A stretch of DNA of 64,000 nucleotides from Bugula neritina (Eukaryota; Animalia; Bryozoa), in assembly GCA_964035545.1 (NCBI GenBank), contig OZ037767.1, positions 14,822,998 through 14,886,997 of the forward strand. Direction: 5' to 3'. Below are positions 13,901-36,253 of this stretch, piece by piece. A program made the position numbers and the translations under genes. Within the stretch, counting starts at the first letter, position 1, and every line of letters begins with the position of its first letter. The notes below the pieces were generated by a model. That model was not told the origin of the DNA, did not search any database, and saw only the letters and a list, made by a program, of their open reading frames with translations.

Positions 13901-16578
13901 TCACGCAGACAAATCCATGTCAGTCTACGACAAGGATTACCTGCCGTTCAGTTCTCAAAGGAAACCGGACAGAATTAAACCTGATGACGCGAAGGTGTTG
14001 ATCAGCAATGTTGGCAGCACAACTTACAGGACTAGCAACAGGTAGGGATAGTAACTCAGAAATTTTGGATTTCAACTTCTCGAACTTTTTGAATTTGATA
14101 AAAGCTGATTTGGCTAAAACATTTAAAATTTGAGCTATGTATTGTTTGTAGGGAGGATTACTATGGTACCACTGGTGGTGCTATTTGCGAGGATACTAAA
14201 GCTATTAGAAAAGCCAACATGGAGAAACAGATTTCAAGACATATCAACTTTGAGAATAATGCAGATGATACAAAAATGTACTCAGGTGAGCATGTGGTGG
14301 ATTTAGCTTTTCCGCCATATTGTTTATGCTCAAGTGTAACTATGCAGCCATGTTGTTTATGCTGCAATGTAGCCTAGTAACCACATTGTGTTATACATGC
14401 TTTTGCGCTACTTTGCAATAACTCACTTCTGCATGCTCTCAATATAAGATGAGCCTGTAACTAAGCAACAACAGGCTTATGTAAAATATTATATTTAGGC
14501 AATATGTCCCACGCCAATAAAAATGCTGTTTTCAGCACAAAACTCGTAATATTTTGGAACTATTACAGTGATAATTGTAGAAAATCATTGATAAATTATT
14601 GATTAATAGGCTAATAGTATGCAGTTTGTATTTTCTTTAACTAATTTCAGTATTTTCACGAGACTTCCGAGGTCCGCCTAAAGACTACAAGACTATGAAA
14701 CCCGCCACAGAGAAGAAATGCGAGTTTAATTTCTTGGATTCAAATGGAATGATGCCACACCAGACGAAACGTCTACTAGACAACACAGAAAACAGTGTGA
14801 GTATTTTTGTGTTACTTGGCATGCATAGCATAATAATATATACGCCTTTCAAGTAAAATATTAGTGTTATGAAACTTACAAGTAAATTTAAAAATTCAAG
14901 TACACATAAAATAAATACTTTCAAGTAAGTAGCAGAGGGTCAGACAATATGTTTTCCCTGCTGCTGCTTGAGCTAATAATTGTATCAGGAGTTATACCCT
15001 ACACTAATGCCTAGCTTCATCTTATTTTTATCATTAGACCTTGACATGCCTAAACAGACTGAAAGCAAATTCACATCTTAGTGACCTCTAGCTAAAATTT
15101 TGAGTCCGCAAGCATTTTAAAAATATTTCATTTTATAAAAAAGTGCTGCCGTGTGTAAAATAGGATATATGCAAGTAGAAAGTTTATTTGCAAAGTAAAA
15201 GTGAGTTATCTGCCTTCGACAGGACAACTTCCGAGGAGCTGCCGGAGTAAGTCAGCTGGTGTTGAACAGCGACAAGGCCAGAGTAAAATCTGCAGCTAAA
15301 AGAAGACTCAAGTCCGGCAGGAGAGCTCACTTTGTCCTGGGAACCAGTCAGCTGTCTTACAACACTGTGTCAGCTGACACTTTCACCGGCAAACCTCGCG
15401 AAGATGAGCACATACCGGCAGCCGGAAAGGTTAGTCTGCTGATGCTGCTACATCCTGTATAATTTCATCAGATGCAGTACAATAATCATCAAATTGGTTT
15501 ATGACTTTATCTGCCAGATAGTGTGTATACCTTTGGTTAAGTTCTATTTTTATTCAATAATAATTGTGTTTTACCAATTAATGTTCAGCTTGTTTGAGAC
15601 ATATACTAAGTTTCTCATTTGTTTGAGTTCAATCAATTAAATATTAAGTCAGATTTCAAAAAGCAAATTATATAAACAGTAAAAGTAGTTAATTAAATTT
15701 CCAAATTCCCACAAGTTGATAAATTACGAAAAAGTTGCCATCTCTATATCCGAAGACTATCTATTGTCTTTATAAATTCCATTCTTTTGCCTCTTCTTAA
15801 GACTGAAAAGCCGAGCAAGGAGTTCTCTCACTTCACAATGAGTGAGAATACGGAGGATATGCTAGGTGACACGTATGCTCCGTCTATACAAGAATCTCGG
15901 GCTATCAAGGACATTTACTCTACCAAAGGAGGAGACCAGGCTATGCTGCCAACTAGCTCTACCGTCACAATGTCTGACTTTATACCTGTGAGTTGTATGC
16001 TGACTTTATACCTGTTATAAGTTACCAATCAAATTGAATAAAGGGCTACTATTAAATTTCACAGTGACACTAAAACACATGAGTAACACACTGTAAATAT
16101 TTCCATCAATCAAACTTTCTTTTGCTTTGATCGGTAATAAACAGAAATACTTTTCAATACCAATTACTTTTTTGTTTGTTAAACAAGCTAGTATTGTGTG
16201 GAATAACTCGCTCTATGTTCTGGTTACAGATTGAAAAGCGTGCCTACACAGTACCACAGCTCAGACAGATCAAAGCTGAACAAATCAAGACAGGAAAGGC
16301 AACTGCAAAAACGCATTTTTTCCACACAGACACAAGTTGTCGTAAGTGTCTACACAATGTTCCCACAATTGTAATTTCATAATAATGATAATATATGCCG
16401 AGTTTAAAGGGCGATTGCTATATTTTACAAATAATAATGTTTACTGATTAGCAGTGAAATCATGTTTTTACGTAAAATTTCTTGTTTTGCAGGTAACAAC
16501 TATGAATCTACTACTATGGCCAGTTTCATAAAGCCGGAGAGGATGAGCGGACAAGTTAACCTTTCACCACTTTACTGA
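1472..16578 (+). CDS. Uncharacterised TEX45/SAXO5-like putative ciliary microtubule inner protein (multi-exon)
   Basis: Phase-consistent GT-AG exons: 1472-1708, 2448-2552, 3297-3407, 3765-3895, 4473-4606, 5142-5217, 5323-5470, 13893-14041, 14152-14285, 14651-14796, 15223-15429, 15802-15987, 16230-16341, 16493-16578 (TGA). Repeated motifs HFHLG..SVYDKDY, HFVLG..SYNTVSADTF and THFF..NYESTTMASF resemble Mn-type MIP repeats. The family call is inference; the gene structure is well supported. Confidence 0.7.
2015..2190. mobile_element. Palindromic MITE-like element, copy 1
   Basis: Arm ctctgagttgagggtaactgagtgcagcagtctggaattctc is imperfectly reverse-complementary to gagaattccaaattattgcactcagtcacccccaactcagag. 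A related copy lies at ~25401-25562. Confidence 0.65.
2329..2399 (-). mobile_element. tRNA-derived SINE family A copy 2
   Basis: The reverse complement reads ..AGGTGTAATGGTTAG..TTTGCAAAC..GGTTTGAATCCCGGTGGGGGCA followed by a T-run. Confidence 0.7.
2786..2880 (+). repeat. Dispersed repeat (second copy 63441-63540)
   Basis: aatccctga..cttatgca(t/g)tattaaaatattcatctatatcttagctatcatct..aattttgttttataat is shared by both loci. Confidence 0.7.
4040..4390. repeat. Degenerate ~32-bp minisatellite
   Basis: The unit ataactgctatgtagtcagtttataaggg(a/g)ac is repeated and decays toward the 3' end. Confidence 0.7.
4748..4808 (-). ncRNA. Minimal type-I hammerhead ribozyme motif (inverted copy)
   Basis: Exact reverse complement of 4816-4876. 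Confidence 0.75.
4816..4876 (+). ncRNA. Minimal type-I hammerhead ribozyme motif
   Basis: Stem I AACATTTTAT/ATAAAGTGTT; core CTGAAGA 4826-4832; stem II TGTGTA/TGCACA; GAAA 4854-4857; short palindromic stem III ACTAGT; cleavage triplet GUA (cut after 4866). Confidence 0.75.
5628..13858. repeat. Intronic 33-bp tandem satellite, ~250 units, with higher-order duplications
   Basis: Unit GATATCTCAGTAGATAGTAATGTATGCTAGTAT. 30-bp variants lack 3 nt. Diagnostic variants recur at offsets of 2328/2361 and 1536/1569 bp. Confidence 0.97.
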
Positions 16579-17111
16579 GCAGCTCAAAAGATATGATAAC
16601 TCCAAAAACTCATCACCGCTTCATCTAAATTCCACATGTAGTACTGACAACTCCCAAACTACTCTTGCTAATTCATAAAACCCATGTTAGTAAGCTTCAA
16701 CTAGCTGAATACTGAAACATGTACTGCGAGTGTCAGAATATGTGTTACAGAGCTTTATAATATTGTGTCTTAGAGATAATGAGAATGATTTGTGCACATA
16801 TATTATATTTTATTCCATTATAATCACCACAATGAACTTTAAATATATTGAAATATGTTTTTTATTTTTATTCATTGCAAATGAATAATGAAAATTATAT
16901 TTTCACTAAAAAAATAAAATAATTTGCAGCTCTAGATTGAATACATTTTAAACGAAACTAACTTCAACTCTGCATCAAATTCTTGCCTCTGTGTGTTATG
17001 ATGCAGTCAATAGCAAGAGTTCCACACATGTAAGCAATACAAGGTTGGGGACTTCACTAACCACTCAAACTAACAGAGTTCAGCTCTCAAGATCACAGTC
17101 TAACTTTTACA

Positions 17112-20100
17112 TCAAGACTTTTCATCCAGATGGTATTCTCTGTCGGGCAGCCCATATTCATATCTACAATATGAGAGGAAATTTACATTGTAGAATCTTA
17201 AGCTATTTATTCACACACTTGAGGCTGTACAGTCACCCCCCTCTACCCAATGCTATACTAACCTCGCAAAGACCGGGTCGTAAAGTGACTTCACATTCAC
17301 TCGGGACTTGAGTTTAGCACAAAGTAGGAAGGCGCCAGACAACTTCCTGTGCAGGGAATAAGTTTCCTCAGGAGGGGGAGATAATCTATGCTACAAGACA
17401 GAGAGTAGGTCATGTGACACATTATAACCTGAGATCTTCATCTAGTGGTGCCTGGATAGGGTGCCTGAAGCTACACACATCACCAGAGCGTTAGAGTAGA
17501 GTGAATGATTTCTCTATAAAGAACAGTTTGTAGTATTTCTAGTTCTAGTATAGGATGGAGAAACTACAGCAGCTTCCCAACAGTTCAGCAGATTTAAATA
17601 TGATATGCTGCCAACGCTGCCTCCAGACGTGATATCACAGACACCCAGACAGACACCCAGACAGACACCCAGACAGACACACAGACAGACACACACACAC
17701 ATACAGACACACAGACAGACACACACACAAACAATGTAATCAGTATTATCTCAATCACCAAGTATAAAATCATCAAGTATAAAAGGGCAGAATTGGGCAA
17801 ACTCCCACCTCTGTGTACAAACTTCTCCTACTTTAGTTGAGTGCACCAGATAACTATACTACAGACGTACTTACCTTGAGCATGACAGGTACTTACCTTG
17901 AGCAGACGTACTTACCTTGAGCATGACAGGTACGACGTTCTCGATCTTCTTCGTGATATCCTGTCTGCCGAAGTCAAACATCTCATCGACACCGCAAGGA
18001 CCGCCGAGGACAGTAACAGCCTCCACGTGGGCATCTATCATGGCCTGGTAAGACAGAGTTAGAGGTCAGTGTGCTGTGGCAACAGCTAACTTACGTCACG
18101 ACTTTACGGCTAGAATATATTGTACTATAAACTGCTTTTGGTAGCTTCACAAATTTACTAGTATGTGTTATAGTATATATGAGGTTATCTAATGCTATCC
18201 ACTAAGTACCCCAGGCTACCAACTAAGTACCCCAGGCTATCAACTAAGTACCCCAGGCTATTAACTGAGTACCCCAGGCTATCAACTAAGTACCCCAGGC
18301 TATCAACTAGGTACCCCAGGCTATCAACCAGGTACCCCAGGCTATCAGCTCAACACCCCTCAGGCTGTAACTTACCTTTGTGTCATAGCCTGTTAGAAAG
18401 CCAAGTTTGATGGAATTATCCACAATAGATTCCCTGTTGCCCGTTGCTGCCGCCTTTATAATCTTAATATAAATGTCTACGAACTTCCTACTGTATTGTC
18501 TAGTGGCTCCAAAGTCTAGTAAGTAGATCTGAAGACAAACAACAGCTTTAGAAACATTTACTGATCTATTAATAAATGCATTTAGTGCTCGGAAATAGGC
18601 CAATGACAGTGGAGCTTACAGAGGAGTGATGTTGTATACGCCAAAATTTAAATGTAACATAAAATACCGACTTACTTTATTACTTTCAGCTTCATAGAAG
18701 AAGTTTGACCAATTAGGATCTGTCTGCATGACATTCCAATCATAGAGCTCAGTGATACAGAGTTTCAGCAGATTCAGACCTGCCAACATACATATACAGA
18801 CCTGTCAATATACATATTCAGACTTGCCAATATACATATACAGACCTGTCAATATACATATACAGACTTGCCAATATACATATACAGACCTGTCAATATA
18901 CATATACAGACCTGTCAATATATACATACAGACCCGTCAACATACATATACAGACCTGCCAACATACATATACAGACCTGTCAACATACATACACAGACC
19001 TGTCAACATACATACACAGACCTGTCAATATACACATACAGACCTGTCAACATACATATACAGACCTGTCAACATACATATACAGACCTGTCAACATACA
19101 TATACAGACCTGTCAATATATATATACAGACCTGTCAATATACATATTCAGACCTGTCAATATATATATACAGACCTGTCAACATACATATACATATACA
19201 GACCTGTCAATATACAAGTTCTAGCAACAGAAAAATGCCCAAAAGTATAATTAGAGAAAAAAATCAGAAAAACCCATATATACTCACTCACGCAAGTTTA
19301 TAGTCGCCATCCCTGTGAGAAAACCCCTGACGGAAAGGTTTTTTGCTAAATCGGGCTAAGGACTTATTCATATGTGGCACAAAAGCAATTATAACTGGAT
19401 ACTCTTCCTAACATCACCAATGGCCTTTGTCGGGGTTCGAACCCATGACTCCGTGCTTACTAGGCAAACGCTCTAACCCCTAGACTAGTCTATACTATAT
19501 TGCGGTAATATTTGTTAATTCACACATGTCACCCTTGAGGACATTTACCATTCCAGTAAATATTAAGTAATGTTATACTCAAAGGAGGAACCTGCATACC
19601 CAGATTATCCCGCGTCTCTTGAGACAGATCAGTACATTTGTCTAGAGGGACACCAGGAATGAGCTGAGTCACCAACACCTGGTCTGTACTCAGTTCTTCG
19701 TACACTTTCGGCACCACAAATACAGGGTCGTCCCTCAGTAGCTCCCTACACAGGTACAAAATACGAAATACTTTAAGGCTATTCAATACTTTATTAAGCC
19801 TCACTTCTACCAGTTAGCCTACATTCTTATTGCTATGGGTTAGCTTATGTTTTCACTGATGTGAGTTTATATATTCTCTTTCATAGCCCTAGTAACCTAA
19901 AGCTTCAGATATCAACATTTCAGGCACATCACAGACACGGCCCTCAGCTTATGGAATGAGTGTAAAGAATCTTAGACTAGAATCTGACCTGAATACTTTC
20001 ATACAGCGGGCCTCCCTCTTGTAGTCACATTCCCACGAGAGCTCATGTCTAGACACATCCATCAAGTTCTCTGCATACATTCCTGTGACAGCATGAATAT

Positions 20101-23100
20101 GTTACATCACAAAATATTATTCTTTATAATATTGTGTTATATTATTATATTAAATAATATATATTGTATATTATATCACACAAAATAACGTTTATTATAC
20201 TTACTGTGTTATATCATTACACAATATATTTTATATTATATTATACAAAATATATTATATTATGTCATATTATTCTATTGCATAATATAGTATTACCTTG
20301 CTTTGTTTTAATATAATTAAATCAGTAGGGAAATGTTTCTTGTTTATTAGTTACATTTATATAATGTATGTTATACATAGTATAATTATTATATAATATA
20401 CATTACACAATATAATATATATTCAATGTACATGGTTGCAGCAAGCACCTGCCACACGTTGCTTCTCCATCAGAGAGCACATGTCACATGGTGTCTTACC
20501 TTTAGGGAGCACCTGCCACACTTTGAGGATAGAGAGCAGGTTGTTGATGTCACTGTTTATACTCCTGGCCACTCCCGGATACTGTACCTTCACTGCAACG
20601 ACCTCTCCATCATGCAGGACAGCTCTGTGTACCTAGTAGAGATCATAGTTGAGTAGACATCAATGAGCTGCACTTCAACTAATATTATATACATTCTAAT
20701 ACCCAGTAGATCCATTTGCAATGTGTCTTTTCTAGACGACATATTATATAATTAGTAAGGATGAACCTATAGAGACGCCGATCTAGTGAATATGACACTG
20801 AGTATAAGGTGCTGCCAATCTAGTGAATATGACACTGAGTATAAGGTGCTGCCAATCTGGTGAATATGACACTGAGTATAAGGTGCTGCCGATCTAGTAA
20901 ATATGACACTGAGTATAAGGTGCTGCCAATCTAGTGAATATGACACTGAGTATAAGGTGCTGCCAATCTAGTGAATATGACATTGAATATAAGGTGCTGC
21001 CAATCTAGTGAATATAACACTGAGTATAAATTGCTGACCTGACCTATGGACGCTGCCGCAAACGGCTTGTTGTCAAACTCAGCAAATTTGTTCCTCCAAT
21101 CAGCACCAAGTTGAGCTGACATAGCTTTCTACAACAAAATTTGTCACCATATACGTATACAGATGACTCCAAAATGGGTGAAAAAAAGGGAATTTTGTTA
21201 TTGCAATAAGTAGAAGACAACTTCCATTATTTAGATAATTTCATAAATATTTGCCACAATTACCTGGTTTCAGGAAGCAAACTTAGTAAACAAATCTATA
21301 CCTCAAGTTCTACAATCTATACCACAAGTTCTACAATCTATACCACAAGTTCTACAATCTATAACACAAGTTCTACAATCTATACCACAAGTTCTACAAT
21401 CTATACCACAAGTTCTACAATCTATACCACAAGTTCTACAATCTATACCACAAGTTCTACAATCCATACCACAAGTTCTACAATCTATACCACAAGTTCT
21501 ACAATCTATACCACAAGTTCTACAGTGTGAAAGGAGAAGAAAACTTCTAGAATTATCAGAATCAAATTTATCAATCAAACTAGTTAGTGAGCTGACTTAT
21601 CACGGCGAGCTTCTGACTCACCTCCATCTGTGACAGCGGCATAAAGTCAGCGCTCTGTCGTACTCTCTCAAACGCTGCCTGCAGCTGGGGATTCAGCATG
21701 GAGTTGTCTACACATAAATGAGAAAGAATTAGGAAAACTCTATTTGTCTCTAGACAAGTGTGTAATTAGGAAACAGACTGAATCATGTTGAGCAGCTGAG
21801 AGAAGCTTCTAGAGTTTACAGCTCAGCACCTGTTAGCTATTCTACAGTCACAAACATTTGACTATCAGAAGAATAAATGTTTTGATAACAATTTCATTCC
21901 TTTATTGCTAATAGAGTTATAAATTATAATAGTAAAACCAAATGTATGTAAATAAAGTTACCACTACAAGTGAAGTAGCCTATTGAAGGACGATAAAATC
22001 AGTTGAAAGATAAAATACCACTAGAAAATAAGAAAGATCTAATTTAAATTTGTATAATCAACATTTGACACCTTGTACACTTAACATCTGACACCTTGTA
22101 TACTCGACAACTGACACCCTGTACACTCGACATCTGACACCCTGTATACTCAACATCTGACACCCTGTATACTCAACATTTGACACCTTGTATACTCGAC
22201 AACTGACACCCTGTACACTCAACACCTGACACCTTGTATACTCAACATCTGACACTTACCTTGAATACTCAACATTTGACCTAGTTTCAGAGCCGCCCCC
22301 CTGACCCGGCACAGAGTGGAGACAATTCTCTCCATGTTGGCGTCACTGAACAGCGGACTTCCGCCAAGCAACGACGCGCTTCCCTCTGCACCTGCTGAAC
22401 CAATCAAAAGCAAACATGAGGACACAACGACCAATCAGAAAGCAAAAAATCAATGTAAATAAATCAGCTGCATGTAATATAACAGCTAATAAGAAATCAA
22501 TGCCAAACAAAAAGCTATAAACATTACACTAGGTACCATACTAAAGCTGTAACTCCGCCCACCTGATTTACTTCCTATTCCTAGGCCCCGCCTCGCCACC
22601 TCAGCTATAGCCCCAGCTCCAAGACCAGCGGCTAGTCCACCAAAACTCATAATACGAGAAATTCTATTGGCTGGAACTTTACTTTCTTTAGACTGAGAAC
22701 TCAGCTGTGGGAAATAGTAACAACGGTGTGAGATGAATCGTTATAATGAATTAATTGTGGTTCAAATTTTAAAGAGAGATGTCCCAAGTCTAGCTTTTAC
22801 AGAATTTCATATTAGTCAAGTTTTAATAGCAAATAGTTCGCTGGAAGTATAAATTTCTAACCACAAATACAAGTTTTTCACACTTAGACAATATACAATA
22901 TTACATATATATGAAAATATTACATATATATGGTAATATTACATGTATATGATGCTATTACACAACCATACTATGATGTAATACACACTTTGCCATCATA
23001 GCCTAATAATTATGTACTTTATTCCTCACCTGAGGTTGAAAGTCAAATGGTTGAACTTTGTGCCCGGCTGTTGGTATGGGTTGGGGAGGTAAAGGAGCGC

Positions 23101-24380
23101 GATGAAGGGAATCATGGTCAGGATTCTCTGCTAAACGAGTTTATTTGTAATCAATAGAAAACTAATAAATATATTGTATTGTTTAGCATAACATAATAAT
23201 ATATACAGCATAATATAACATATGCTATTACGTAGCATATACTTATACATATACTTATACATCATAGTACATAATATATATTACATATACGGTGTTTATT
23301 ACATCATATACACACCTACATGGTATATTTTACATAATATGTATTAGATAACGTAATATATTACATATAATATATAAATCATATAATACATTTTAGGTAA
23401 GATTGAACAATGTAGATGATATGAATGACATAACATTACATCATATATATCACATAACATAGAAACAAAACAATCATAGCAATGTATTACTCAGTGAGTC
23501 AACTGAAATGATTACTCTAACTTCAATATTGTATAACTGAACTACTTACCAAGAGGTTTGTGTAGCACACTCTCTTGTTTGGAAGGAAGAATTGGATCAT
23601 CCTCAACTGTAGTGCCCTCTGGTGATGAGATATGACGTGAAGTTGTGTATCCCAAGGCGTCGATATCCTTGGCCAACTCTTCTAGATCCGCTTCTGTAAC
23701 TGGCGGCAACTTTAGCTCCTTCGGGATATATTTATCCAAGTTTTCCACCTTTTCCTAAACATATGTGAGATGTGTTGCTAAGCAACCATAACCACACAAT
23801 GATCTCTGGACAAAAACTGCTTGATAGGAGTATTATAATACAAAATGTAATTTTTTGTCAGATTCATTTAAAACTATCTCAACAATGAAATGTAACTAAT
23901 TACAGTTCCAAGTAGAGTAATAAATTATATAGTCTCTTTACAAAAAACACTGAAAATAACATGTCCTAGCTATTGATGATTACATTACATAAAAGATTAT
24001 AAGTTCATTAAAATAGTTTTCAAAGTAGAAGTAACTTCGCGAGTACAACAATCCTAATTAGTTAGATTGATTACTTCGAGCTGGCAAAGACAACATTAAA
24101 CTTGACTGCCTTATCAAAATCATAATAAGAATTTAGAACAGCTTGTTTGGTGAACACTACTCCCTCCTAAAAGTTGCACCTGTATCTTGGCTTGCTGTAC
24201 CACAGCTGTACTGACTGTCTGTTCAATTCTACTTCCAACATTCCTCGTCAGATGATTCCAGCTGGAATTATGCCAATAGACGTTTGCTTTCTTACATTCG
24301 GTCTTACAGGCACTTTCAGCTACCCTCTGCAGACCCCTCAGCACTCCAAGGGCATCAGAAATTCTCCCGGATGAAGACAT
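17112..24380 (-). CDS. COQ8: Atypical kinase COQ8 (ADCK3/ADCK4, UbiB family), mitochondrial
   Basis: Exons 24380-24180, 23754-23550, 23130-23030, 22704-22563, 22391-22260, 21707-21622, 21128-21039, 20632-20500, 20082-19989, 19745-19600, 18779-18676, 18528-18376, 18044-17916, 17390-17263, 17163-17112. Hallmark motifs: [24 protein letters not shown] (KxGQ), [10 protein letters not shown] (A-rich loop), [40 protein letters not shown]. Confidence 0.95.
17638..17728. repeat. CAGA/CA microsatellite
   Basis: (cagacacc/cagaca/ca)n in a COQ8 intron. Confidence 0.85.
18195..18350. repeat. 21-bp minisatellite
   Basis: Unit ctatcaactaagtaccccagg, about 7 copies. Confidence 0.9.
18775..19213 (-). repeat. 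22-bp minisatellite made of copies of a COQ8 splice acceptor
   Basis: Minus-strand unit tatatgtatgttgacag|gtctg, about 20 copies. The last copy is the true acceptor of exon 18779-18676. Confidence 0.9.
19308..19488 (-). mobile_element. tRNA-headed SINE family B copy 1
   Basis: Minus strand: GTCTAGGGGTTAGAGCG (A-box region), GGGTTCGAACCCC (B box), then a ~120-bp body shared with 33063-33240 and 46041-46230. Confidence 0.8.
20780..21030. repeat. 37-bp minisatellite adjacent to a COQ8 donor
   Basis: Unit ctagtgaatatgacactgagtataaggtgctgccaat, about 7 copies. Confidence 0.9.
21303..21523. repeat. 21-bp minisatellite
   Basis: Unit caagttctacaatctatacca, about 10 copies. Confidence 0.92.
22058..22285 (-). 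repeat. 23-bp minisatellite derived from a COQ8 exon end
   Basis: Unit gtcagatgttgagtatacaaggt copies the exon terminus GTCAAATGTTGAGTATTCAAG|GT; about 9 copies. Confidence 0.85.
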
Positions 24381-25400
24381 CCTGCACTGACTGTACGGAA
24401 ACAAAACATAATTAATTGAAATTTAATTATTATGATTAACTAGCAGCCGTGGTCTAGTGGTTTAATGATTAACTAAGTAATTATAATAATAATTGTAAAA
24501 TAAATTAATTTATCCCTAGTACTATAGGTATAAGTGAACAACTATAGTGAGTTAGTCTATAAGATTAGAAAATATTGATACTTATAGGCTATAAAAATGC
24601 TTTAGTTAACAGTTGAACTTAATCAGTCAATGCTAATATAAATAAATATAGTCATACACTTACAGTCATTTGTAGTTATACTAACAAATTACAAGCTGAA
24701 GCTATGGTATACTAATAGTAATACTTTAACTAATAGTTATACTTGAAGAGTTATACTATAAACATAGTTATAATTAATATTATACTATTAGTATTACTAT
24801 TAGTAATACTAATAGTAATAACTATAAGCAAAACTAAATAGCACTGTGTAGTGTGTTACTGTTAGTCACTAGTGTTACTCTTAGCATCATTAAATTTGAT
24901 AGTGATACTAATACTAATAACTTATAGTATTAGAAGTCTAATAGTAATACTAATAGTAAACACTAAAAAAAAAAACAAAATGAAAATCAAAACGTAACAC
25001 TAATAGAGTAATACTATTACTATTAGTATTAGTATTACTAATACTTCAGAGTTCAACTTGAACTTCAAGTTCATGCGCCGTAAATTTTAATTTCATTCAA
25101 GTTTGAACCCATGTTATTGCTCATACTAAACTTTTAATACTACATTAAGTGACTTCAATAAGATGTCACATAAGCAAAATAATATTATACACATTACGCA
25201 AATTTATATTACTAATATGCAATATAAATATTATATTATAATCATTGTGATTGTTGTTGCATTGAATGCACAAATGGTTATGCAAGGCATTACAAAGACC
25301 ATGAACTTGCGTGGTTTTGTGCGCAAACAAGTTTCTGTACGGGTCACTACACGAGCCTGCCTACTGACAAAAAGTTTATTTAATAAAAGTTGAGGTCTAA

Positions 25401-25562
25401 GAATTTGTTTATAAGCAGCTGTAAATTAGGAGTAATTGCGTGCAATAGTTTGAGATTCTCGAGTTTAGAAAAAAGTTTTATTATAAGCCCAACTTAAGAT
25501 TTCAGAACCACAAATTATTGCACTTAGTCACCGCCAACTCGGAGTTGCTTATAACCTATTTC
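25401..25562. mobile_element. Palindromic MITE-like element, copy 2 (degenerate)
   Basis: aaattattgcacttagtcaccgccaactcggagttgctt matches the right arm of the 2015-2190 element. Confidence 0.6.
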
Positions 25563-26444
25563 AAAGTAAAGCTGGTAAACGAGGATTGCCTGTAATCTGT
25601 GTGAACGAGGGTTACTTTCTCTATATAAATGAAAAAAATATTTCAATTGTTTTCGTATTAAAAATATAAATATAGCATGATTGTGTTTGTACTGTTTTTT
25701 AATAAAATTAATTTTTTAATAACTTTTTTAACTGTTAAAATTAATTTAATTGCAAACAAATAGTCATTATTATTGTAGCGTTCAAATGCGAAAGTATGTG
25801 TATTATTACTGAACACAACAAAAAAAGTCTAGTACTAGTAGTATTAGTAGTAAGTCTGTTGAAATATTAAATTTAATACTAATAGTATTACTATTATTAG
25901 TAGTTATACTATTCCTATTAGTATTACTGTTACTATAAGTATTTTTTAATTAGTTTTCCAATACATATCGCCCCATGATTATAACTATCACATTGAATCA
26001 AATCTTCTTTACCTCATCAAATAATAACTATAGAAATTCAGAATAAAATCTTCTATGGGAATTAAGTGTTGAAACGAGTATTTAATTTTACTAATTTATT
26101 ACTGTTTGTGAATTAGTAACTGATAAGCAATTACTAATTAAATCAAATTAATTAATGCTATATTTTAATATTTATTGTGAAGTGCTTCAACTTTTAATTT
26201 TTAAATAAGCTGAATCGTCATATCTTCATAATCTTTGATAGTTTTTATAAATAACTAGTAAGCAATTTTCTACCTTTAAATCTTGTTAATAAATGTATAA
26301 ATTTTGCTAGTTGGTTGCTGATTTATTGAAGGGGTAACTGTAAAGTGATGTCATATATGTTTTTTCAATGCGATAGTTTATTGTTTCTGGCTAGCACCAA
26401 TAATATCTTATGCGCACATAATCACATGTGTTTGATTGTAGGTC

Positions 26445-36253
<9,809 letters not shown>

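Noticed and set aside
18192-22255. Repeat-peptide ORFs ([31 protein letters not shown])
   Set aside because: Translations of intronic minisatellites.
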